Below, piece after piece: positions 1-15,228 of a stretch of DNA of 64,000 bases. The stretch covers positions 24,490,001 through 24,554,000 of the forward strand of contig OZ024743.1 in NCBI GenBank assembly GCA_964016885.1, written 5' to 3'. Each line of letters starts with the position of its first letter. Position 1 is the first letter of the stretch. A program made the position numbers and the translations under genes. The notes beneath the pieces are model-generated. The model did no database searches and was not told where the DNA came from. It worked only from the letters and a program-made list of their open reading frames with translations. This DNA is from Eledone cirrhosa. Its lineage: Eukaryota.

Positions 1-579
1 GGAAACTGTCCTAAAAACTATCGTTTTGAGAGCAGTTTCCTTGCGAATTTCTACCGGAGAATTGATGCTGAAAGCACCATTTTTTTCGAAAGTGACATAT
101 CTCTTAGCGTCCTTTAAAAGTTGTTCAGCATTTGTTATGTCGAGATATATCAATTCTTCTTTCTTTTGAACTTTCTCTGCAAAGGAGATTTTTGGTTTCT
201 TTGTGGAATTATCCGTATTGGTGGTGTTGTCATTATTGTTGTTATTGTTGTTGTTATTCTTGTTGTCACCGATGTTGGTATCATCCGTATTTTCCTTGGT
301 GTTGTTGTTGTCTTTGATGCTGGTGTTATTGGTGTTGTCTTTATTGTTTTCTTTGTTGTTGTTATCATTGTTGCTTTTATCATCATTATTGGTTTTGCTG
401 TTATTTTTGTTGTCATTGAACTGTTTGGTGTCATTTGTGTTGTTTGGATATGAATTCGTTTTTTTATTTTCATTTTGTCTTTCCATCTCTATAGTATCTA
501 GTGAAGAAGACGTTGTTGACTGCGAGCTTTGTAGTCTTACCGCCTCTCCACCACCATTATCGTTGGACGCAGCGTTCAT
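1..579 (-). CDS. N-terminal part of a probable non-LTR retrotransposon ORF1 (gag-like), running off the left edge
   Basis: Hand translation from ATG at 579 gives 193 open codons to position 1 (MNAASNDNGG, Asn/Asp-rich tract, KPKISFAEKVQKKEELIYLD...KTIVFRTVS). It is missing from the ORF track because no stop is reached. An SFA/SYA-type motif after a low-complexity leader is common in LINE ORF1s. A ~220 bp leader (580-800) starts with ATCAGACGTGT next to a (TC)n/(TCTA)n tract. Confidence 0.5.
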   Translation of the reverse strand, partial: MNAASNDNGGGEAVRLQSSQSTTSSSLDTIEMERQNENKKTNSYPNNTNDTKQFNDNKNNSKTNNDDKSNNDNNNKENNKDNTNNTSIKDNNNTKENTDDTNIGDNKNNNNNNNNNDNTTNTDNSTKKPKISFAEKVQKKEELIYLDITNAEQLLKDAKRYVTFEKNGAFSINSPVEIRKETALKTIVFRTVS

Positions 580-797
580 AACGTAATCAAAATTTTACAA
601 TATTTTTTCCAAGATTCGATGGAGAAAAATTTTTTAAATGGATATTCCGCCCCTGTAGGGGCGAAAATGAGTTGACCCAGCACCTGAAGGTCCAGACGGG
701 TGGTCAAGTTACACAATGATATAAAATTTAACTAAAAACTCACGTTTTTTTCTTACATAAATTAACGGAAACTTCTCCGCGAAGTTACACACGTCTG

Positions 798-811
798 ATA
801 GAGAGAGAGAG

Positions 812-897
<86 letters not shown>

Positions 898-922
898 AAT
901 GGAAGAAAGAAAGAAGCAAGGA

Positions 923-974
<52 letters not shown>

Positions 975-1100
975 ATGAAAAAAGAAAATAAAGAAAGAAA
1001 TGTGTAAGGAAAGAGGGAAGAAAGGAAGCAAGAAAGAACCAAAGGGAGAAAAAGAGGAAAATAAAGAAGGAAAGAAGAGAAGAGGATTGGAAGAAAAAGG
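798..1100. repeat. Compound (GA)n/(GATA)n/(GAAA)n microsatellite and purine tract
   Basis: Directly visible. Confidence 0.95.
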
Positions 1101-1554
1101 AAAAGACTGTGAGATATAGGGGAGAAGTTAGTGAGAACTGGTGGTAGAATAAACTAACGGCAGGAGTATAATGAAAAAGAAAAAAAGCCGAGTGTGAAAT
1201 GAAACGAAACTAATCTCAACGTATTACTAACAAAAAAGCCAAACAAAAATGAAGTCTTTCCAATAACTAAACAGAATAGAGCTAATATGCGCATGCGTTG
1301 TGAACGGCACAACTGTCAATGGAAACACGTTTTTGTTTGTTTTTGTTTCTTTGCTTCTATTTTATGCTATAACATTTCACTTTCATTGGGTTGTTTATTT
1401 ATTCTGTTGAAAGCACCAAACGTACTTTAAAAACATTAAGGAGGCAGACATTATTTGTAAGGCTTTGTTGTTTTCTTTACCTCCCCCCCCCGCCCTCCCA
1501 CACCGCACTGCGGATGTACCTATCACTCACACCTTTTGCCTCCAATGTCTATTT

Positions 1555-2145
<591 letters not shown>

Positions 2146-2932
2146 TTCTTCTGGTTTTATAATTTCACAAAGTTTTACCAATAGAGAGAGAGTCGGTTTC
2201 TAACATAGACACAAGACTCTCTCATTGGAATTTACACAATATCAACTAGGTAGATATGTATGTATGCATGCATGTGTAGATATGGATGTTATTGTATGTG
2301 TGGATGTGGATGTTTTGAGTTGTATGTGTGCATGTGTATATGCTTTGCATCTATACATCTGTATATGCAGTTATTAGATGCAACATTTTTGGAATGTTTT
2401 ACATATTTTTACTGTTCCTTTAATGGATTGTACTTGTAATTTCCTAACTAGTTGTGTTCTTTCTGTTCCTGTGAAGCCTAGCTTCTCAAGATTTGTATTG
2501 AGGCAGTTACTAACATACCCCAGTGCCCCAATAATCACAGGCATAAATCTGAAGGTGTAATCAGGGTGGAGTATCTGCAGATTTCTCATCAGTTCTGCAT
2601 AAATATTCTCCTTTTCACTAATCTTTGATATTATATTGGCATCTGCTGGGCAGCTAATTTCCACTACAATACTTGCTTTCTTCTCCCTGTCCCATATCAT
2701 AATATCTGGTCTGTTATGCCTGCATTTTATTGGGGTTTTTACTGGAACATTCCATCAGTACTCTTTCATATTGTACATGGATGTCTTCCACATTGCTGTA
2801 GCTTTTAATGTTTATTATCGGGGCTATCTTTTTTACGAACTACATTGTACAGTGTTTTGGCCACTACATCATGCCTCATAGGTAGATAGTACCGCGATGA
2901 CATCTTTGGACAGCTGCTGATGACATGGGTGT
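2146..2932 (-). mobile_element. 5'-truncated R4/Dong-like non-LTR retrotransposon (end of CCHC knuckle, restriction-like endonuclease, 3'UTR)
   Basis: Minus strand encodes THVISSCPKMSSRYYLPMRHDVVAK, then CRHNRPDIMIWDREKKASIVVEISCP...KENIYAEL...MPVIIGALG (RH and PD-(D/E)xK-type REL motifs). The 3'UTR abuts (ACAT)n and recurs at 12291-12604. Confidence 0.85.
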
Positions 2933-2989
2933 ATGTACAAAATGATGAAGAATCAGAACATCTTTCAGTATCAAGGGATACAAATTTCA

Positions 2990-3390
2990 GACGCTTTCGA
3001 GTAAATTCTGCAAATATATTGGCACCAAGAGGTTGTGTCCTCGTGCTGGTTCTTGAATTGAATTTGGTGATACGTGGCCATAAAGTTGACGATTTTAGGC
3101 AATTTCAAACTTGATCGGTGCGATTCTCCTTAGATATGACAGGTAAAGTTTGTAGGGAGCCCCCTGATAAAATAACAATGATTCCTCCCATGGTTGATGT
3201 GCTGTTCCGGATATCTTTCAGTGTTATGTCCAAGGTCTCCAATGCATGTCTGTGCGCCATTGTGCATTCATCACCAAAAATGTCCACATATCTTTGCAAT
3301 ATTTAGGAAGCTCCTGGGCCTTTATTTATGTGACACGCGGACATTTCATTCAAACTGAGGCCTTAAATGAGTAGTGGTAATTCCAGATGA
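2990..3390 (-). pseudogene. Helitron PIF1-like helicase fragment
   Basis: ORF 3105-3299: IFGDECTMAHRHALETLDITLKDIRNSTSTMGGIIVILSGGSLQTLPV (motifs II and III of Helitron SF1 helicases), continuing past a stop as NCLKSSTLWP. Confidence 0.8.
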
Positions 3391-3489
3391 ACCGACCGCT
3401 GTCTCTCTATTTCTCTTTATGTCTCTCTATCTCTCTCACTATCTATTTTTATCTATATTTGTATATGTGTCTCTCACCCTGTCTGACAG

Positions 3490-3584
<95 letters not shown>

Positions 3585-3696
3585 TATAGAGATGTAGATA
3601 GAGAGAAAGTCGATGGCGGGCATGTCGGCGGTCAGATTTGTTGAAAACACGGAAAGGTTTTAGTGTTATTAACGGTCAACAAACAGACAAACTTCC

Positions 3697-3786
<90 letters not shown>

Positions 3787-3892
3787 CTGATAGAGTGAAG
3801 ACACGGGGTAGATAAAATAAAGTATTAGTCAAATAGTAAGATCAATATTATCGGCTTTTCCCTTGTGTCAATGTTAGGGAGAATTATTATGG

Positions 3893-4030
3893 ATAGTATA
3901 TTGCCAGTATCTATAGTATGTCAGACAAAATATTTGGTTACGACTCTCTACGTTCTGAGTTCAAATCCCGCTAAATGAAGTTTGTCTTTCATCCTTTCGG
4001 GTTCTAGAAAATAAAGTACCAGTTAACTAA
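3893..4030 (+). mobile_element. Diverged copy of the major tRNA-derived SINE
   Basis: GAGTTCAAATCCC B-box followed by TTTCATCCTTTCGGG...AAATAAAGTACCAG core shared with many copies in the window. Confidence 0.75.
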
Positions 4031-4944
4031 CATCTCGACTATTTCCAATAATCTCATTGACCTGAGGCATATGACTGGCCACCAGATATGCTAGAAATTG
4101 CAGTGACATTTTACTCAAATCACATTCTACTGTCTTGTAATTAAAAACACGTCACATTAGATTATGTAGAATAAATGGATCTCCACCGGTACAATGATGA
4201 GTACTCAGTCGTTAGATCAACAGAACTACTTACTCATTGAATTAGAGTGTATGTGGCTGAGTATTCCATAGATACCTCTTCCTTTAACATACTCCTCGAC
4301 TAGGCATTATGAAATACAAGTACAATCAATCTGATGGTCTTTAGCAAAATTATGCTAAAAGACACTTTCCCAAAATGCCGTGTAGTGGAATCGAACAGAG
4401 TAACATGTGATAGCTATGCGGGAGGCACATGATGGTGGAATGAACTCTTATCCACCTAGCTATACTTAATTGTCCTGGGTATGACTTTAAACTACATCCA
4501 GTAGCAAGGCTCCAGTTCCGGAGTTCAGGAACTGTGGAGAATGTGGAGTTACCCCTTAGTTACCCCTTATCACTCCCAGGTGTGGTCTGGCCCGGAGCAG
4601 TAGTACCTGTTAGGGCCCCATTTATGGGTTAAATAATTACCTTATTCGAGTGGCACTGGTAAGTTCAGTCACTGAAAAGAACGCTAGATAGATACTTAAT
4701 AGAAATAACAGCCACATTTTCCTCAAACCAGATTCCACCGACTTAATAAAAGAAACAATTCATTGGATTATGTAGTGAAGAGCAAATAATAATAATGATA
4801 AATATTAATGCAATAAAATAAAATAAAAGATGGGAAGTTCATAGCTGGAATGCGATAAATCATAGGTCTACTAGATCAAGACTAGCCTACGGCTAACCTA
4901 CAATATCGAGAACACTGTACAAAAACAATCAACATCTCTACTAC

Positions 4945-4998
4945 GACTACTACTTCTTCTTCGTCTTCTCCTCTTCTTCTTCTTCTTCTTCTTCTTCC

Positions 4999-5029
<31 letters not shown>

Positions 5030-5110
5030 CTTCTTCTTCTTCTTCTTCTTCTTCTTCTTCTTCTTCTTCTTCTTCTTCTTCTTCTACTACTACTACTACT
5101 ACTACTACTG
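4945..5110. repeat. (CTT)n(CTA)n microsatellite
   Basis: Directly visible. Confidence 0.95.
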
Positions 5111-5328
5111 ATGAGCATGATAATGATGATGCTCTCTTTGCGGTACGAATAACTGCACCAAAGGCTAAGCATGTATTTAGATGAAGGAGGTCTGCTTGTT
5201 ACAACCGAAACAGAACGTAATCCCTTAGAGGGCAATGGTTCTGATCCCATAGCAGACAAACTATGATTGAGGTCAATATGCTAACAACAATCAGGAAATC
5301 TTCCGCTACTTACACCTCGTATCTCCTC

Positions 5329-5900
<572 letters not shown>

Positions 5901-6180
5901 ACACCATTTAATGTTTTCGTGTTACTATTTAGATTGTTGTTCACTTCGATATATTTCTTTCCATCGTTATTTCCCTCCCTACTTTCCTTCTGTCCTACTT
6001 TCTTCCCATTTCCTCTCTTCGTTTATGTATCTATATATTTATGCATTATACCCAGAGGCAGTCTCACACATAAATTGCTTCTTATTTATGCAGTTCTTCG
6101 CTGGCAGAGTGCAAACGCCTGACGCATTTCTATGGAGATTCTGATGATAGTGATAATGACCAGGAAAGCAATTTTAGGAC

Positions 6181-6618
6181 ATGACTACAACGACGACGAT
6201 AAAGATGATGATGATGATGATGATGACGATGATGATGATGAGGATGTTGATGATGATGATGATGATGATGATGAGGATGTTGATGATGATGATGATGATG
6301 ATGAGGATGTTGAGGATGAGGATGATGATGATGATGAGGAGGATGATGATGATGATGATGATGTTGATGATGATGATGATGATGACGATGATGATGATGA
6401 TGTTGATGATGATGATGATGATGATGATGAGGATGTTGATGATGATGATGATGATGATGAGGATGTTGAGGATGAGGATGATGATGATGATGAGGAGGAT
6501 GATGATGATGATGATGATGTTGATGATGATGATGATGATGATGAGGATGTTGAGGATGAGGATGATGATGATGATGATGATGAGGATGATGATGATTATG
6601 ATGATGATGAGGATGTTG

Positions 6619-6654
<36 letters not shown>

Positions 6655-6684
6655 TTGATGATGATGATGATGAGGAGGATGTTG

Positions 6685-6717
<33 letters not shown>

Positions 6718-6770
6718 TTGATGATGATGATGATGATGAGGATGTTGAGGATGATGATGATGATGATGTT

Positions 6771-6817
<47 letters not shown>

Positions 6818-6880
6818 GGTGGTGGTGGTGGTGAGGATGAGGATGATGATGATGACGACGACGACGACGACGACGACGAC

Positions 6881-6928
<48 letters not shown>

Positions 6929-7035
6929 AGTTTTGATGATGATGATGGTGGTAGTAATGGCTGCTGGGATGGGCGGCAACGGCGGTGGTAATGTATGAGG
7001 CAGAGCTGATGGTGGTGGTGGTGGTGGTGGTGGTC
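6181..7035. repeat. (GAT)n array with higher-order GAG/GTT variants, then (GGT)n/(GAC)n
   Basis: Directly visible; explains the poly-D/poly-M ORFs. Confidence 0.95.
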
Positions 7036-7119
7036 ATGAGGATTATCAAGAGAAATACTAATGATATATATCTAATTACATATGCATTGAAATATATGTA
7101 CTTATGTGTATATGGAAAT

Positions 7120-7610
7120 ACTCAGTTTGGAGCTCCAGGACAAGTTAGCCTACCGGGAACGAGAGAGCCCTGGTCCTTGTTAGAACATCATTCTAGGTGA
7201 AGAAAAACGTTGACGTAAAACCTGCAACTCGATAGCAGCCAATGATGTTGACCTGTATATTTTAGATACCTGTCACCGTTGTTCAGAGAGTGGCATTGAT
7301 CCAGTAAAAGGCCTTTCTTCTCTTCAAGCACAGACATCACTTGATCTAAACGATTATCACAATAGATTGTGCAGTTCCGAGATCATAGAGTCGCTGTATC
7401 CAGTGTTCACAACTATTGACATGTGATTAGATTGCCTAAGGAAAGAATCACTGAGCAGATTTTGCGGGCAAAGCCAAACGGCACATGACGTAGCCCTAGA
7501 CCATGAACAAGATGGCTTGATAACATCCAGCAGCTCGGCTGGTCTCGCTTGGGGACCCAGCCAGATCATTTGGAGACGGTTGCTTCTGATAGCAAAAGAA
7601 GAAGAATAGT
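7120..7610 (+). mobile_element. Short bipartite RTE derivative (5'UTR segment joined to ORF C-terminus/3' end)
   Basis: 7190-7345 is colinear with 58855-59020 and 30890-31582(-). 7420-7590 encodes HVIRLPKERITEQILRAKPNG...RWLDNIQQLGWSRLG, similar to the RTE tail at 44530-44760, and ends in (GAA)n. Confidence 0.65.
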
Positions 7611-7789
7611 TTAAGTTAATCCAAATTTCTGGTAAAAATAAATCAGTACTGTTATATCATAACATGTCATATTTTTAGTGTGTGTTTGAATGTGTATTTG
7701 TGTGTATATATTTGTATGTGTGGGTGCGTGTATGTATGTATGAGTGTGTGTGCTTCCTTATTACATTCATCAATCTTCTATTTGCTTCT

Positions 7790-8225
7790 AAGTAATTTTC
7801 CACCCAAACTATTGTTATTTTGAATTACTTTTCTGTTTGTGTCAGGTCACGTCTTCTTTGTGTTCAGTGTAAGTATATTCTGTCATTGTCTGCTTCGGTA
7901 CGCAGTAAGTAATTTTCTGATTTCTCTGCCTAAATCTTTAAGCTCACTTCACTTCCAGATTATTATATTGAAGCTGGAGTTTATAACCTTAATGGCCAGT
8001 GTATTTATAGCTATTATAGTATTTCTAGGCTTGAGTTCATTTTTCTTAATAGTTTAACTCTTCTGTAGTATTCTTTCATGGATTTCCATTTCATTTCCTT
8101 GTGTTGTAGCAGTTTTGAATATTGCTAGGTCTTTATATGGATGAATATGATCTAATTCTTTAATTTCAGTGTCTATTGCTAGTGTAATCTTCTCAGTGCC
8201 GGCAATTTGCCGTTTCTTCGAGTGG
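7790..8225 (-). pseudogene. Decayed R4/Dong-like RT C-terminal/thumb fragment
   Basis: Minus strand reads KNELKPRNTIIAINTLAIKVINSSFNIIIWK*SELKDLGREIRKLLT, matching the N.I.AINT.A...YSF.II.W...EL...DRK.RKLLT block of R4-clade elements. Confidence 0.7.
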
Positions 8226-8852
8226 TCTTGGTGTCTTTGACTAATCTGTAATCGTATTTACTATTACCATTATTAATGAGTTGCTGTGTTTAATAATGTT
8301 CTTTACATCACTCTCGCGGCAAACGTCATCGGGAAAAAATTCTTTGTTTAGGACAAAGTTTCGTTCGCCACGGATATATTACAAATGGCTCATTGTTGTT
8401 TTTGTGTTTTTTTTTCTTTTTTTGTTAGTAGCCTCTTCTTCCGTGTTCTCACACATTACATGTCTTCTAGCTACTGTTACGAATATTATAGAGTGAAAGC
8501 ACAAAAGAAAATCATATTGTTATGAATATGTCGCGCGCAAGCTTATACATGGTGTTGTATTGTTAAAATAAGACGTTTGATACCCGCAGCTTACACCCAA
8601 GAAGCCAATGCTCCTTCCTTATGCCTTGATGTTTAATGGATCGAAAATATAAATTAAAAAAAGGCGGAAGATTTGTGAATTATTTTCCCTAATTATGACT
8701 TTTTGATACAAGATTAGATCGTTATTTGATTTGCATTTATATTAGATTTGTAGTTGTTGATGTTTCGGGGTTGGGCTGCATTTATATAGCTCAACGACAT
8801 AGTCCCATGTAATAGAGAAGAGAATATTCCACCATTTAGGATATTATTGTTA

Positions 8853-8923
<71 letters not shown>

Positions 8924-8940
8924 CTGCTTTTATTATGTAA

Positions 8941-9155
8941 AGTGGTGAAGAATATGTCTTATAATATTATTTAGTCACGATCTTTTACGTTCTGGTTTCA
9001 AATCGCGATGATATCAACTGTGCTTTTCATCCCTCCTGGGATGATAAAATAAAATAAAAGTTAAGTACTAGGGTCAATATAATTGACTTTCCACCCCACC
9101 CCACCCTCACACACAACCCAATTGCTGGCCTTGTGCTTAAATTAGGAGAAATTAT
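8941..9155 (+). mobile_element. Diverged major SINE copy
   Basis: B-box-like TTCAAATC, TTTTCATCCC...GATAAAATAA core, AATTGCTGGCCTTGTGC tail. Confidence 0.7.
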
Positions 9156-9409
9156 TGTTGTTGTCATTTGCCTTTGCTATCATCTGACGTGTATTTCATA
9201 TTCTTGGCATTTTGGGGGAATATTCAACATTAAATTTAATGGACAGAATGTCTACAATTAAGGGTTTCAGTACTATATGAGGTATGCTTCATTACTGTGA
9301 GACAGATACGGTGGGTTGCTTTTGTCCAAACATAAATATTTCTTTTTCCGTGTCCTATTGACATATATGTAATAAAAATGGCGTCAAGACACCTTAGACA
9401 TCTAAAAAT

Positions 9410-10500
9410 AAACATGAGCGAAACACAGATATGCACAACTCAGTGAATACGAAAAAAAAATAGTAGAAACTATTAATACTGAAACACAGAATGTTGACTA
9501 TAGTATTAGAAGTAACAACAAAAATGACGACGACAGGGATAACTCTTCGGGCGAAGATTTACGCAGTAGTATAAATTATGTTACTAATTTGAAAGAGAAC
9601 CTAAAATTAGCTGAGGTTCCGCAAAACAACTGCACTGGCAAAATTGAGTGAAACGACAGTGAGTGCCCCTACTCGATAAATATATTTAAACATTGGCAAA
9701 CAAGGGGCTATGTATGTTTCTTTAAAATGGCAGAGGACATCTAATTTCCTCCAAAGGAACAGCCGAAAGAGGTATTTGATGACAGATAAGGTGAAATCAA
9801 GGAAACGTATATGGGGCCGTTTGCCTGGTATTTATAACTGGGGAAACAGATAAACGAAATCATAAAGTTGTACCCTGCATACCCACCTTCAGTTTAATCG
9901 TTTTATATTTTAGCCAGAGAACCTCAAAGGACGGGCGCATCGCATATAACGTTGACTCATGGTTCGTTGTCTTCATTGTACTGCGGTATAGATGGATGAT
10001 CATTCCGGTTGAGATAAAGAAAGGTATGTGTTTGAGAAGGGCCAGTATGGACTGACAAGTTCTAATCCCCACCTGAAATCCATAGAGCCAAACCGGACCT
10101 CAGCCTTGTTGAAGGCGTGAAATTTAAGTGCATATGACAATTGCAGAGCAAGAAGCCCAATTGTTATGGCTGTAGTAGCAAAAGCAAGTTGATTGTTTTT
10201 GTTTTGAAAATTTTAAGAAGCGAAGAAGAGGAACGGAGGAAGAGCAACAGATTTAACTCGACGAGGCACCATGAGGTTGAGGCTCTAGTAGCATCATCAC
10301 ACACACTACCTGTTGCAACTCTGAGAGTAAATGAAAATGCTATTATATCCTCGGTCACCGATGATGACGATAATGAGGCCTTTCTTCCAAATATATCACT
10401 CTATCTTCTTATGGTAAACATCTGCGAAAAGAGCAAGATGATCTTAGTGCTGGAAAAAGGTACTAAATAAAGAAACGAAAATGGCAGAAAAGAATTAAAG
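9410..10500 (+). pseudogene. Possible highly decayed L1/Tx1-like ORF1
   Basis: Broken frames include LYFSQRTSK...NVDSW and KPNCYGCSSKS (zinc-knuckle-like), followed by a charged low-complexity tail. Weak. Confidence 0.3.
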
Positions 10501-12089
10501 CAAAACTGTGGAGAAAGAAACAAAAAAAGAGAGGCCCTTCCCTCTCTTATTAACACGCAAACATTAATGCCGGCTTCGAGTACAAAATACTTCTTGGAGC
10601 GAACCTAACAAAAGAAGGTATTTTAAAACATTCGGATGAAAGACTGACAGTAAAATATATTAAGCGATTATTTCTTCTTTGAGACGTTCTATGTTTTTTG
10701 GAAATTTCTTTTTTGTTTCGTTGTATTAATGAAGTATTTATGATGTAATCACACGTCCACCCAAATGAAAGACTTGCATATGTGCCTCACGGAGAAAGGT
10801 ATTAAGGAGTTTCGGAACACTATTTTTTACGTGTCTTTCTTTTTATTTTCACTTTCTTACTATCCCCATTTTCTTGCGATATTTGCGGCACACAAACTTA
10901 CTCTATTTTATGAAACATCGTTACCATTAGTTTTCCCTTCGAAATTTTAGAATATTTTACATTTCTCATGTTTGTATGATTGCTGTAATCCATTTTAAAT
11001 CTCTTCCAGAAAAAATGAATGATGATTGTTTTTATTGTATACTCAAGTAATACCATTTATTATGAGTTGATGCAAACATTAATAACAGCATCAACAACAT
11101 AACACGAAATATCAAAACAGACAACAGCCTGTAAAGAATTACATTAAAAACATTAACAGACAAACAAACGAACAAAACAATATAAAACATATATATAGAA
11201 CAAAACTAAAGATAGCACACAAATAAAGAATAAAGAGCAAACAACAAACAAGAAATATTAGTAAAAAAATAAAAATGGAACACCCATACACAAACAGACG
11301 CATATATCCAAAACCCACCATGATAATTATCGACTGTTAAAAACTTCCGGTTGTTAGTTACATTCGTTTTATTCGTAAAACATCCATATTGACTTTTTGA
11401 ATTGAAGGAAGTATAGGTTAAGTATCAACAACAAAAAGAAAACGAAATACACACACATGTACGCGTGAGCACACAAACTCACACACATACACGCACGCAT
11501 ACACGCACACACGCGCGCGCGCGCGCCTAGACATACACAGTTATACACATATAAAAATACAAAAAATGGCAAATATTGCCCGAAGTGATTGTTCATGTCA
11601 ACGTCGAGATTGTTTTGTGTCAAACCCTGGCCAGTAATGGCCGCCGGGAGATGTGATACAGTTTTGCATATTAATAACCTCGCGTTGTCTTAATACCGCT
11701 TCAGTATTTATGCATGTCAACAACACACAAAACACTCACTTATATATATATATATATACATGCATATATGTCTGCATGTATTATAAGAAAGGTCAACAAG
11801 CGAAAACAGCACAGGATAACAACACAATGACAGCATTTTAATTTTATGCTTGATATATTGGTTGGAAAATAATCTTAACTTTTCGGACTTTATTCCTTCA
11901 TCGGAAGATAGAAATAGATATTTGAAAGAAAGAGAAGAAAAAGCATGGGTCGTTATTAATCAACCATCATATATATGTATGCATGTTCTTCTAGTTTTAT
12001 TATTTTATACCGATAAAATAAAGTACCAGTAATGTACTAGGTAATTGCTGGCCTTGTGCCAAAAGTAGAAACAATTATTTTATACGTTT

Positions 12090-12175
12090 TTTTACCAATA
12101 GATAGAGGGACAGTTTCTAACATAGAAACAAGACCTTTTCATTGGAGTTTAGACAACAACAGGTGAGTAGATACG
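12090..12175 (-). mobile_element. Diverged short 3'UTR fragment of the R4/Dong-like element
   Basis: CCAATAG...GTTTCTAACATAGAAACAAGAC...CATTGG, homologous to 2178-2228. Confidence 0.7.
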
Positions 12176-12290
12176 TATGTATGTATGTATGAATGTATGT
12201 ATGTATGTATGTATGTATGTATGTATGTATGTATGTATGTATTTATGTATGTATGAATATATGTATGTATATATGTATGTATGTATGTAT

Positions 12291-12604
12291 GTTCTTCCGG
12301 TTTTATAATTTCACAAATGTTTTCCCAATAGAGAGAGAGTCGGTTTCTAACATAGACACAAGACTCTCTCATTGGAATTTACACAACATCAACTAGGTAG
12401 ATATGTATGCATGCATGCATGTGTAGATATGGATGTTATTGTATGTGTGGATGTGGATGTTTTGAGTTGTATGTGTGCATGTGTATATGCTTTGTATCTG
12501 TACATGTGTATATGCTTTGCATCTGTATATGTGTATATGCAGTTATTAGATTTTTGGAATGTTTTACATATTTTTACTGTTCCATTAATGGATTGTACTT
12601 GTAA
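12291..12604 (-). mobile_element. 5'-truncated R4/Dong-like copy (last codons plus 3'UTR) embedded in (TATG)n
   Basis: Near-identical to 2146-2440 (LQVQSINGTVKICKTFQK); (TATG)n on both sides. Confidence 0.9.
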
Positions 12605-13709
12605 TGTATGTATGTATGTATGTATGTATGTATGTATGTATGTATGTATGTATGTATGTATGTATATATGTATGTATGTATGTATGTATGTGTATGTATG
12701 TATGTATATGTATGTATTCGTAGACCAAAGGCCTCTCAATTCCGTTAAAATGTTAAAAGTTAAAAAATCAAAAGAGTAACTACTTCAAGTGTATACGTGT
12801 CTGTAATATTCAGCCCTGTACATGCTATTTTAATTAGCAAATAGTTGAGTTAATCGAACAAGTGAGAAATCATCATTCAAACTGACGGAGATCCATTTTC
12901 TACTGGACATTAACACCATCACCCTACTGTTCTTGGCAAACTCTGCACAGCACTACACATTTGGGAGAAGTAATATGTCGATTGTATCGACTAATTTGAC
13001 TAACACGAAGAGTTGATTGACGACAAAAGGATGAAAGTCAAATAGGTGTTAAAGTCAGAATGTAAAGAGAGTATACTAAAAGCCGCAGTCATTTAGTTCA
13101 ATTCTCTCTTAGTTTTGTCAATGAAACTAATAATTTCGTCATTTTTTTTTAAAATTACCATTCTTTATTTCTATTGAAAGAATATTTACATGACAATAGA
13201 GTAATTCTATTACAACTTTTTGAGACTTCGAATTGATTTTCTTCTCTTTTAGTTTCTGGCAGAGAAAATGTCTGGCAACGAGTGCTTTCGCAGCTAAGAA
13301 TCATGAAAAACGTACCGAATGTTCACGCACAACAGATTTTTACAAATTATTTTTTGTCTGTTATAATTATAAATATAGAAATATAATTTAAACATCTTGA
13401 AGCTTTCGGTCAACTGATGTAGTTACTCCGTACCAACGCAACATATACACCATTTTAAATATTTTCTCCAAATCGACGTAAGTGACATCTAGTATTCATT
13501 ACATTACATTAACACAAAATCTTCATCAATTCACAATCTTCAGCTCAATACCTCCACAAAATCAACACCTGTAATAACTAAGTACTTTCGCTGATTCAAC
13601 ATCTGCAACATACTCAATACTTCCACTAAATAAATACCTCTACCAACTTAACGCCTCTACTAAACTTAATATCACCAATTCAACATCTCCAATAATTCAA
13701 CTTCTACAC

Positions 13710-13860
13710 CAGAGGTTCTCAAAGTGGACGCTACCGCCCCTGGGGAGCATTGAAATTTGCATGTAGATAGGTCTCTCTGGAAATAGGGTTGGGGCGCTGA
13801 GCGTATTACGTGGCTGTGAGGGGAGGGGGACGGTGGCCCCAAAACGTTTGAGAACCTTTG
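13710..13860. mobile_element. hAT (Charlie-like) MITE, 151 bp
   Basis: TIRs CAGAGGTTCTCAAA / TTTGAGAACCTTTG; 8-bp TSD TTCTACAC (13702-13709) / ATCTACAC (13861-13868). Confidence 0.85.
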
Positions 13861-14513
13861 ATCTACACCAATTTAACATTTACATCAATTCGATACTCCT
13901 ATCACTAGTTACAATTTACATTTATTATTAATTATACTACTAACGCAACAACCCCACCAACACTTCCGCCTCATAAATTACAGTTGATTCTTTTGGTCCT
14001 TTGCCAAACAGATTTCTAGCAAGTTTCCGAAATCCTATCCACTACTCTGTAACCATTATGAATTTCTAAGCAGGACCCTTGCGTTAAAAGGCTCCACGTT
14101 TGCTACTTGTTTTTCGGCTAATCTCACATTGAAAACACTCTCGGCAAAGCTACAGCAATGTTTTCTTCCGCCACTACACTAGTCACCTCAATACATACAC
14201 ATGTACATGAAGTGAGAAAACACCACTGGTCACTTTCGATCAACAGTCATGGCAATGAAGTCCCCATTATCTTCACCGTGTGGCTCCAGAACTAGCACAT
14301 ATTCTCTTCATAACGTTTAATCTTGGGGGGGTCGTCCAAACTATCAACAACTGGCCCTCTTGATTGCCTTCGAGTCTTTTTTTCTTTGCTTTCTCTCATT
14401 ATAGCCTCTTCGATTGTGTTTGCCATTATTCCTTTCTAATTCCGTATAATATAATGTCTGCGACAATAACATTTTTAAGGAATTTTACCTGCCCGGCCTC
14501 CTGTCATTTTATT

Positions 14514-14570
<57 letters not shown>

Positions 14571-14807
14571 AAATTGTATATCTACCAACATATATATACA
14601 GATGCATACCTATGCTAGCAAATATATAGGTTTTGTCTTAGTAACTTTGTGGTTCAATGCAAGGGGGTGCAGAACAATTATATGAAAGACGTAAAATAAG
14701 AAAATTATAAAAATTAACTTACTTACTAAAATTTCACTCCAACTAATTAGTTTCTGAAAGGGAATAAACATGGTTTCCGAATGGAACAACATGGAGAATG
14801 CCTTTCG

Positions 14808-15171
<364 letters not shown>

Positions 15172-15228
15172 CGAGTGTGCATGTATGTACTGTCAGTGTG
15201 GTTGAAGGTTTATTATTTTGATTGTCAA

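Noticed and set aside
4470-4680. Fragment resembling a common cephalopod interspersed repeat
   Set aside because: Single diverged copy; the resemblance is from memory only and cannot be supported within the window.
6132-7049. Poly-Asp acidic protein (biomineralisation-like)
   Set aside because: (GAT)n microsatellite that slips frame into poly-Met/Val; no supported gene structure.
14740-14790. CTGAAAGGGAA...TTCCGAA hammerhead-like string
   Set aside because: Both core motifs are incomplete and no stem I or III was found.
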